Below, piece by piece: positions 34,127-45,556 of a stretch of DNA of 64,000 nt. The notes under the pieces were generated by a model. That model saw nothing but the letters and a program-made list of their open reading frames with translations. It did no database searches and was not told the DNA's origin. Origin of the DNA: Magallana gigas. Its lineage: Eukaryota. The DNA lies in contig NC_088860.1 in assembly GCF_963853765.1 (NCBI RefSeq), forward strand, positions 10,230,001 through 10,294,000. Reading direction: 5' to 3'. The translations under genes and the position numbers were made by a program. Within the stretch, counting starts at the first letter, position 1, and each line of letters starts with the position of its first letter.

Positions 34127-35283
34127 AAACCCGTGTGTCGGCATCATCGTCAGATGTCAAAATCTTTTCAGAAACTATGACTGGATGGCATACGCTGGGA
34201 ATAGACAGTTTGTAAACATTTGGATAAGAAGACAAAGAGATCTGACAAGTCATCAACCAAATAATCAGAAAAAGACAACATAATAGGACTTAAAAAGACA
34301 ATAAAATACTTAGCAGTGATCAACAAAGACAGCATAAAGATTTGACAAATAAGTCAACATCATAGGGTGTCGGAAGCAAATTCAAAGTGGGAAGTGGCAG
34401 ACTTATCCAAAATCTTGTCAAGCAATTAAAAAAAACAACACCCCCCCCCCCCTCCAAAAAAAAGTATTCGCCAGTCCTGTAATCCCCTAGGAGGAGAGGA
34501 GTGTTACCGCGGTGCATTGAAAAATTTAATGATAGTTTTAGTATGCTACTATTCAGGTTAATTTTTTCCAGATTAAAACACTTAAGCCTAGTACTGAAAT
34601 ATTAGATAAATGCCCGATACCTTGGTCTTTACAAAAAAAGTTTAAAACAAGGACGTACGGTCAATAAAGAGTTCACAGGGAGTGACTGGGCCTTACACCA
34701 TTGCAAACAAAAATAAAACTCCGGTTTTGCTGGGTTTCTTACTTTAAATGAATAACGCTCTGAAATATGTATTTATTTTATATTTTAAATGAATAAATTA
34801 TAACATAACTTGTGTTTAGCAAGTTTGTATATACATAGAGGATCTTAAAATTGATAATTGATTCTATTTCCAAACCAGCGAATCAAACACTTGACATAAA
34901 AACAAATCCTTTCATCTGTAGATAATTTCAAATACATATGTTTATCAGTTATTATTCATGCAAAGCATCCATCTTTGAAAAGAAACGTTTTAACGGCAAG
35001 TGCCTACAGGTGCGACGAATCTTAATTTGATCGGGTTCGATATTCGTTTTAGTTTACATCAAATTGGTTTCCTTTTTCTGACACAGGTAGAATTTCTACA
35101 AGTTCTGACAAATCAATATATTCTACAATCATGGGTGATGGGTATGTATTTACTATAAAAGTAAGAATTCTCTGCGCAGCCATATTCAAAGCAAACGATC
35201 TTCGATCGTGAATTAATTAGAATAAAGATGTAGTGATCAGCTGACCAGTTGCACTCATTCATAATTTGACCTTATTAGTGAGT

Positions 35284-38200
35284 ATGGAGGCTGAAAAGAT
35301 GTCGGATACATCCTTTAGCGTGGCTAAATTTTTGTCTAGCAAGAAGTCAATGCTACAGAGTTTATTTGATAAATTTACATCTAAAGGAGAACAGGAAAAT
35401 TCTGTTGGGTATGTAGAAATTATATTTTACATGGGGAGGGGGGGGGGGGGGGGGTGGGGTGCTTGTATATTGTGTATTGTTGGAAAGACTTCAATACTGT
35501 GTATTGTGCATTGTTGGGAAGGCTTCAATGAAGGTCTTGTGTATTGGCTAAAAATCATATTAAGTCATAAATAGACCCATGTTATATATCTAAGTGGTTC
35601 GATAGATATTATGATTTGTAAATCATTTTAAAAGTTTATGTTATTACTTTGTAATCATTTTCGATAAAAATCATAGCCAATCTATTTACTGGTAGGTCAT
35701 GCATCAGTTCCAAATCTTCTTAAATAGCCTTTATATTTTATCCAATAAACTTTTTTCTAAAATGTGTATGTTGAGAGGTGGTAAATTTTCAAACCAGAGT
35801 TTGGCAGTCATGTAATTCATAGCGAGATAAAGTTAAAATCTGAATAATATTTAAAGGTTGGTTGGGAATGATACACATCCTTGCTCCTGATACATCATTC
35901 TTTATGATAATTGTTCTGATATGTTTGCTCATTGCAGTTTCACTGATATAGATAAGTAAGTAGAGGCCTCATGATTATTCAACCCATTGAATGCAGAACC
36001 TCCTGTGAACTGTTCATTCAACAAAGAACATTCCCCTCCAGTCTGATGGATTACTAAAACAAATTATTACCGTACCTATTTTTTTTTATTTTCAAGAATG
36101 TGAATCCCAGTGTTTCATTAGTTTTACCTTGGTATAAACTATAAGTCGGTTCATAAAAGTCTGATAAAGCAGTGAAAACGTGAGAAATCCAAAGTACTGT
36201 AATGACTTTTTTTAATTGCCATTCGATCATACCATGTACATGCAATGAAATTTTAATGGAAAATGTATACCCATTAACAAAATTATAACATTTTGATGCA
36301 TTTGATAGTAATCCCCTTTCTGTTGTCCTGTCAGCATCATATCTTATTACTTTAACACAAACATGCACTTTTGATTACCATCAATGTTTTGGGGATACAT
36401 TCTGGTTTTACCTATAGCGATTAAAAAAAAGAGAGGTGTTCACACTGTTTTGAGAAGTCTGTAAGGTAATAAATCAATCTGAATTCAAGGTTTGAAGATT
36501 TTGATTTACAACAGCCCTGCACCTTAACATTGATGTGCCAAATGACACAAATGTGTACTGTGGAATTATTTTTATTAATGGGGGTCAATGTTCATGGGTG
36601 GCCAAAATTTTCCTGGTTTGTGGGGACATAATTTCGTTGGTAGCAAGCATGAATTCTGGGAAAATAGTCCTCTGGATTGCATAAACTAGAACGCAATAGC
36701 CATATCTGATGTCTTTGCAGTGCTTAGAACTGAATCGTTATTGGACAAATTAAAAGCTAACAACATTCAGCTTTTACATATACGGCTGCAAAGGCTGATA
36801 AATTATAGTCGTATGACCAAGTTAATGGAGCATTTTATCCTGCTATATACAAGTCTAACATGTGACTGTGATAGACAGACTATGTAAACAGTAAAAAGCA
36901 ATTACTGCTTAACAGTTTGGGACTACTCAAAAGTTCATTACAGTATTACTTTATTACTTATCTTATATTGTTACTGTCATTTTTTGATTCATTGTATTAA
37001 ATAATGTTATTATTTTTTCTGTTCAAATAAACACATCGATTTTCTCCTTTATACATGACCACATGGGTCCGAATGTATCAGTCATTTTATGACAAAAAAA
37101 CAGCTAGTGTAATAAATATTCATCAAATGCTTGAATACAATTTGTTGGGATGTAAAATTCATGGGCAAGGGTAACCCGTGAAAGCCATAAACATTGGTCT
37201 CCCACAAACAATGATGATTTAACAGTATGTTTGATCCAAGGTCACTGCATTATCCCTCTACTAAGGAAATGTGAAAAGACAATTACAAGATTTCAAGAAG
37301 TCTTAAGTAGGCACGTATCGGGTACCTACTATATTTTACCAATGATTTTTCACCTGTTTGGTTTACAGACCAAGTTTTGAAGAGGTCAACTCCATAGCTC
37401 AGAACATTTTGGGTCGTGTGAAACACCGTCCAAAGATCGGCATCGTGTGTGGGTCCGGTTTAGGTGGTCTAGCAGACGATGTCCAGGATGCTGAGATTCT
37501 CCCTTACAGCGAAATACCGACTTTCCCAGTCAGTACAGGTAGGTCAAGGTTAATTCAAGGTTAAATGTTGACTACAGTTCTTTATCTCATATATAAGTAT
37601 AGGGCCAAGGTTGTTCATTCATCTGGATTGTTTGTCTTCAGGGTTCTCCTTTTATTTTTCTTTGAATAGTGATTATGAGTGAAGGAGCAAGTACATGTAT
37701 AGAAAATCACTTTGCTTGCAAATAACTTTACCATAAATAATTTAGTATAACAAAGTAAGTTGGAGTTTTAAAAAAGTTTTTGTTATACATTGTACATAGC
37801 AATATATGACTTCTGTTCTTCTAGTTCCAGGACATATGGGAAAGCTGGTGTTTGGTATACTGGAGGGTAAAACCGTGGTGCTAATGAGGGGACGGTTACA
37901 CTGCTATGAAGGCTATCCTATGTGGAAGGTGAAGCACTGCATGATTGAAGACTCAGATTGATAAATGTATTATGTTCCTGAGAACTAGAAATTTCCTTGT
38001 TCCACTCCGATCAAATCCATTCCATGGGGAACTAAATGTATTGTCATTATAGACTAAAAGGATTGACACGTCACTTCCAACACATTAGGAATAAGAGTGT
38101 CATTAATTGTTTGGTAGATTTATGTCTCTATTAACTCTTGATGAACATTTCATGGGATATGTCAAAGAATCTATTCTTTATGTGCCAAATATTTTATTTT

Positions 38201-39864
38201 CCATGCTCTTTAGAAATAACCATTGCTTTAACTGTAGATTAATACTATATTAAATAATGCTAAACATATAAGAATTTAAGGAGATTAATAATGCATAATT
38301 TTATTTGTATCTCTGAATATTTGCTATTTCTGCTTTATTGATTATTGAAATACATGTATTAATATTGGAAACCTACTGGTATATTAACATTAAACAAAGA
38401 ATTGATTTTGAACTCAGACCACAATTCCAATCCGAGTAATGAAGGCTCTGGGGGTAACTACTATATTCCTGACAAACGCAGCCGGTGGCATCAACCCAGA
38501 CTTTAATGTTGGCGACATGATGATTATTCGGGATCACATAGATCTTCCTGGCTTAACTGGCGAGTGTGTTCTTCGCGGAGCCAATGATGAGAGGTAGCAG
38601 TTCATTGATTTTGTTTTGTAGGCACCATTACATTTAGAGCCCAAATTATAATGTTTCTGTAGCTTACATGATATTACTCAGTCTTATCGATCATATGTTA
38701 CAAATTCATGAATTTTCATGAATTTTCTTCCATCATGGTCCCATCCAATTTCTGTCTGATATAATGACAACAGTTACGACTCTCCTATTTCTGTAGGAAC
38801 TGATCTTATCTCTGCAGATTTGGACCTCGTTTTCTTGCCACAGTTGATACTTATGATCCGGAGCTTCGAGCTACCTGCAAAAAGGTTTTCCAAGACCTTG
38901 GTCTGAGTCAGCTCATGAGAGAAGGAACCTATGTCATGATCGGGGGACCGACGTTTGAAACAGTGGCCGAGTCAAGGTTACTGAAAGCCTTTGGGGGTGA
39001 TGCAGTCGGTGAGAATCTATAATTTTGGATGTAAAAAATCTTAATAATTAATTCATGTGTTTGCAAAATTGAAGTCAATTGGGATTGACTGAAATTGTCA
39101 CAGCAAAGCTACCATAGAATAAAACTTGTTGACAAGGTTAACAGGCAACAGTTGAACTGTTGGACTGAAGTGTAAACTTTAAACGTGGGCAACTGTTTTA
39201 TTGCTGTCAGGTTTGGACCTCGTTTCCTTGCCACAAATTCAGCCTTGAATGCCAGTCAACATAATAATTACGATTTATCATCATGGATACTCAAACATCT
39301 TCATTTATGTATTTGTCAAGACCTTGTAAAGTTTTAAGTGAGGTATTGAGAGAGGATTGAAGTTAACAGATCCTTAAGACAAAAAACCCTTTTACACTTT
39401 TGAAATAGGTTCATTTAACCATGTGGTTAACTTTAACACTGAGTATTACATAGAGTTAACACATTATTAGGGTCAGTTTAAGATCTTTTTGTTGCACTTG
39501 TCAGTTACTAAGACAATGTTGCTTAAAAGATTTACACTATTTAATATTAAGAATCCTGAATAAAACTCATTATCACAAATAATATCTAGACAAGTATCTG
39601 GTTTGCAAATACTAAATAATACAAATAAAGGGACATAATTCCTATCCTTTCGTTTTAGGTATGAGCACCGTTGCTGAGGCCATTGTGGCCCGACACATGG
39701 GGATGCGGGTGTTTGGCCTCTCTCTGATCACTGACATGTGCTGCCTGAGTTACGACACTGCCAACCACACCACCCACGAAGAAGTTCTTGCCATTGGTCA
39801 GAAAAGAGCTGAGGATCTGAAGGCTATCGTCATGCGTCTTCTGAAGGACACAACTGTAGAATAA
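35284..39864 (+). CDS. PNP: Purine nucleoside phosphorylase, trimeric (mammalian) type, about 323 aa, Asp at the Asn243-equivalent position
   Basis: Exons 35284-35408 (start ATG uncertain), 37369-37538, 37825-37928, 38418-38593, 38818-39008, 39659-39864; GT-AG, 972 nt in frame. Internal exon sizes 170/104/176/191 match my recollection of human PNP. Motifs [43 protein letters not shown]. Confidence 0.95.
36556..37227. mobile_element. TACTGT...ACAGTA MITE, apparently interrupted by a ~480-bp insertion, in PNP intron 1
   Basis: Left end tactgtggaatt, right end tttaacagta; MITE-like halves at about 36556-36650 and 37135-37227. Confidence 0.5.
39208..39337 (+). pseudogene. Vestigial duplicate of PNP exon 5 inside intron 5
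   Basis: 26/28 nt identical to the exon-5 acceptor and start (38815-38842); both differences synonymous; in-frame stop at 39335-39337. Confidence 0.7.
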
Positions 39865-42800
39865 TGAAGGACATGGTTTTTAGGAGTTAGTGAGCCATTT
39901 GCTGGATTTTTGGGTTTTGTAATTTTATTTTTAGCTTGTATTTTACCACCTAATTCCTGTCTTCCCGAGAGAGATTTTTCAAAAGACCAGGGAAAACATA
40001 TACATGTACTTGCTTTTTTTTATTTTATATGTAGAATATTAGTTTTACTTACAATTTTTTGTTATTTTTTTTTGTTATATTGCATGTGCTTATAGTTTAT
40101 TCATGTTGACCTAGTACTTTTATTTATTTAACATCCATTTCCCTTAGAATATTTAGTCCCATGTCTTTCATTTTGCAATTTTCTTCTCACATGACCATAT
40201 CATGATTTAAGATAAGAACAAGTATTGGCATTTATACACTCATTCCTACAATAATTTTTTGCAGTTTTCATTTTTTTTTACCAGCACATTGATTCCAAGC
40301 AAAAATAATTGGTAAAGGGGAATACACATGCAAGTTTTTAAGATGCATTACTGCATATTGGTTCTGAATTGTTGAAACCCTTCTGCCCATATTTTTGGCC
40401 CTTTTCTTTAAAATGCATAAGTTTCAGCATAATTGAGAATATTTTGTTACCTACCATCTCCTGCATATGAAGAATTTCAATATTTTAATAGGAGAGGATT
40501 CTGTTTATTTACCTTTCTCTTTTTTTTATGATTTTTGTTAAAATCTTAAAGCTGTATGATCCAAATCAAAGTCTTATTCAGGCAGAACAATACTGGGTTG
40601 AACTGATTACCCTATTCATTAAATAAATGAGAAACTCTTAAATTATTTTCATATCATTTGATATTATTATGACTTTGCAGAGTTAAATAATGTTTACTAT
40701 GATGGACCTTTTATAATTTTTAAAAACAACTTTCATAGTTATGTAAAAAGTTTTTATCAATATTAAAGATATCAAAAGTATTTTTAAGGAGGTCAGGCAA
40801 TAATGCATTTTATCAGACCATACACCTTTATTTATTAGTCATTACAAAAACAATTGCTTAGTGGTCATCTATCAATCATATTTAATCCAGACCAAATTTC
40901 TTTTTTTCTTTCCTTATATAGTGCCATATCTTAATTCAGGCAAGGTACTTGAAAACAATCTTAGTTAGTCAATCATCATTTGCTAAAATTCCTGTCAATA
41001 TGATTATTTTTAGTAATGGTGTTTTTATTTGCATTATTTTGCCCAGAAATTAATTTAAAATCACTTTAATCAAAGTCCTGTTGCTATTGTATGGCAGTGC
41101 CGAAATTACAGATCATTTTACACTGTGATATTAATCTAACAGTTCTTAATTATTGCATTGTTGTTGATAGAAAGGTTGATGAAATTTTGATATAAAATTA
41201 TCAATTTCATGTTTTCCACCAGTTAATGATGATAAGTTATTTGAATTTTTGAAAATATATCTGTTTCTTTTTATATATAGAATCAATGTTATTTTATTGT
41301 TACTTGTTATTAAGTCCAGGTGGTTTTGGACATCTTCAGATATTTAAGCGACTACCATACATGGTCATTAATTTGTTTTTGTGTATGCATGTATCAAAAA
41401 CTATTTGTGCTAGCAGAGTGATGCATTGTAAGTAAAAAAAAAATAGAACAGTAAATTCCTTTCTTCTGTTAGCAGGGTTGAATATTGTATCAATTTGAAA
41501 ATGATGGATTTTGTGCTTGCTTGCAAATTTTCTATTAAAAAAAATGTACTGTATGTGCACTTGTAATGCTGGTATGCATAATGTAGATTTTTTTCAATTC
41601 TTGTTATAATGGGATGAATTCATTAGGTCCCAAATTTGTGTAGATCTACAAATTTTCAATGATCCTACTAAACATGTTCCTGATATATGCTTACAAACTT
41701 CCAAAGGAATATTGAATGATGTCAAATTCATCTGCATCATGAAAAATGCAAATTTTTTTGTTTCCCTCTTTTTTTTTTTGAAAAATTATGTAGTCATACT
41801 TTTTGTATTCAGTGCAATATTTGAAGATAAGGGGACAGCCAGTACTCTATGTATGAGATTTATTTGGTTAATTACATAACAGAGAATGCATCTCATTTTT
41901 GACTTGTGTAGCAATGGAATGCTTACAAAACTTTCTCTCTCTCAGGAAACTTCAATATCTTGTCATATCAAGTGTTTCTATATCTATAGATTCTCTGAAT
42001 CTCAAGCGTTCTATATTAAGAGAGCACCGTGGCGTTTTCTTATTATTTGTTTCACTTCCTTAGTTAATATCTCAGGTTTAATCTCTGAACAAGCAAAATA
42101 TTATTGGCATTTACTGGTACAATATTTAAGGTTTTGTATGTTTCTTCCTAAATTTTATCCATTTAATCTATATAAACTTGCAGATATTTAATTAATATTT
42201 ACACAGACGTTACGAGTTATGTACAACATTTCATATCCAACAGTACAGCTTCACAATGTTAAGGCTTATTGTAATGTTCCTCACACTTGCACATTAATAT
42301 GAGAGCCTTAGCATTATGGAGATGTAAAGAGTGTAATGACCGTTAACTTTGGATTGTTCAGAATTCTATTGTTATCCATCAATAAAAAAGACACACTGGT
42401 ACGTAAATTGGAGTTGTTTTATTTCATATTCTTTCATCAGTAATTATAACTATCAACTGATCAAGAACCAGAAATTTTCCAGGAGGAAAAACTCTGTCTT
42501 CTTCATTCAATGATCATGCAATGGATAATATGATTAGAATAGTTGATTGAAAAATGTTGAACAATTGATTATATGTAATAATTGGCCAATGAATAAATAT
42601 ACTAGTTTTAGATAAACCTAATAAACTGCATGAAACAAAACAATAGTCATATGTAACAACTAAATAGGAACATGTACACTGATGGAAATTTTGACAATTT
42701 AGCAGCTAGATTACCAGTGAGTAGATTGGCAAAACTCATAAACCTTGGGATAACATACTATCCCTAATAATTTACATACCCGTTTTTTTTTAATTTGGAA

Positions 42801-43074
42801 ACGAATCAATTAAAGAACTGTGGTAGAGATTAAAAAGGTAAAAGTTAGACATAACTCAATAAACTTCGAAAAACATTTTAAAAAGTATTAAATGAAATAT
42901 ATATAATTAACGGTTGGTTTGCTGGAATTGTCTGTGTACCTTGTGTCCCAGCACAAGTATGTGTTCACATCTGGACACAACAGAAGTATACAAAAGATCC
43001 CCGTATGATTACCACAAACCAGTCGAGACAGAGACAATGCTCTATTCATTCCTCTGATTATGTAAATCATTAGT

Positions 43075-45520
43075 TTATTTAATGCACAAGAGTCTTTCTG
43101 TGTCTTTAAGCCACAGCTGGGTCTTGAGGATTATATGGTCTCTTGCAGACATATATCCTATGGTTTGACACTGTGATAACATACATAAACTGTTCCCATA
43201 TCACTGAAATTCAAAATTAAAACTTTATGATATATCATGCATGAGACCAATATTAAGCAAACAATTAACATTCAATGCCTATAAATTTGATGATAATTTA
43301 TCAATTCAATAAAATGAAGAAAAAAAATCTTTAATTTTTAATGTGGCAAAATTGACATGTATTAACATTTTTACAAGGCACTGATCCAACAAGCAAAGGA
43401 TTCTGAAGATATTACACAGACAGATGTCCATGTCAAGATGGGTGTAGTTTGCCTGTATCCTCAAAAATAATAGTTGTCCTCAATTCTTAAGGTTACCAGG
43501 GAACCATGTTTGATGTCTGTCAACTAAATGTTTAGACTACTGGTAGTTAAAAGATGATAAATGGGTGATATCTATGGCTTAAGTGGTCTTAGGAATCATC
43601 TACTTCTTAAGGAGTGCCTCTGTAATAAGTTTGATGTCTATCTAGCAAATTGCTCTAAAGAACTGATTTGACAACGCATAGTCTACCAGTCAATCTCCAA
43701 GTAGACTGAATCTTCACCTTTGACCCTATGACCTCAAAATCAACAAAAGTTGTTTGCTCTCCAGGTGGTATCTACCAGTATGTACCAAATTTGTACCTGT
43801 CTCCTTGATAGGTGATTATATATGATATCCAAAATTAAGTATAGAATGATGTGTTTATTTGATAAAAATAACTCATTGATATATTGATTGGACAAAAGTC
43901 TACAAATTAATGTCCAGAGTAGTTTGACCTTTGATCTTGTGGGTTCAAAATCAATAAGGTCATCATCTGTTTATTGGGTATTCATGTACCAAACAGGAAA
44001 GGGTCCAAAAGACATTGATTGGACAACCCTTAGTCTACCTACCAACATGCCAGCCAAAATCTTAACACTAACCTGAGATTTTGTGAAATGTTTCTCTCCT
44101 GTCTGGTGACACAGGTATCCTACTTGCTGTATAAACAAGTTTGGTCAATCTGTCAGCCAATGCCTCCGCATTTTGTAAATCACCTCCTGACTGAAAATAA
44201 AAAAGAGCTTTTTTGTTTCATTGTAGTGTATAAAATATAACAGCAACAAGTTGTTAAAATGTGAGTTTCCGGGTGGCAGGTAATAGAACTACAGTTACTG
44301 TGATCAAGCTCATAAATGATACACCTGCTAAGAAAATATCAAAACTGAAGTATTTCTCTATTTAAAAAAAAGGGATGCTTCTTTTTGTTAGTGATATTGA
44401 ACTAGCACAAATTACCGCAGCTCAAGTCAGACACATATTTACAGGTCACAAGCAACCTTTGTGTTAAATTTTAGCTTCTTATCATTTTCCATTACAAGAT
44501 AGGACCCAGACAGGAATTGAGCATATTTTAAACAATGACCTTGAACTTGCACAACTGACCCTAGGTGAAGATCACATCCTCAAGTCATAAGCAATGTTAG
44601 AGTAAAGTTAAAAATTCCAATGTTTCTCCATAAAAATACTTATGGACTGGACATAAATTTGGAACTTTTCCTGCCAGTGATCTTGACTTTGCCAAATTAC
44701 CTTGGGTCAAATTCCTGACACATCATCAGGTCATAAGCAATGTTTGTGTGAAGTAAGAACTTCCAATGTTTCTCAATAAAAGATACGGACCAGACACAAA
44801 TTTTGCTTAGAGGGACAGACAGACAAAGTGATTCCTATATATTGTGGGGGTGTAATAAGATAAACAATATTTTGGGCCTATTGACTTATATATGGGAATC
44901 AGTTTACAATTTTTACGCCTATAAAATATAAGCTGATCACAGTGTCCAAAGGATGTTTCCAACAAATAGCACTATCGATCAAAATTATTTCTTAGACCAA
45001 TTAACACCATTTACCTCCTTTTGCTTATTGCATCACAATGCAGTGTATACAAATAATCACACTGATCATTTCTTTGCTCGATATTAAAAATGCAATAATC
45101 ATTATATATATATATCAAAACATTAATACTTATAAAATATAAACTAATATATATAGTTCCTTTAGAATTTTCATTTCATTTAAGAATAAGGAATTATTCT
45201 TTGAGTATTATGAGGTGATAATTTCGGTCGGGGCATGATCAAATCCAATAAAGTCCGAAGGGCTTTAAGATAGATTTGATCACTCCCCTACTGAAATTAT
45301 CACCTCATAACATTCAAAGAATGATTCCTTTTACTTATATGATTTTAAACCATTGTACGATTAAATATAAACAAACCCCCCTGGCGCCCCAATTATACGA
45401 CATTTGAAGTTATGGGTTATATAGTACAAAATCGATATGTAGTGTTACCACAGGCAAAGACACTGAAAAATGTAAAGATTAGTGTATATGTTACATTCTA
45501 ATTTGACATGTACTTCTGAT

Positions 45521-45556
<36 letters not shown>

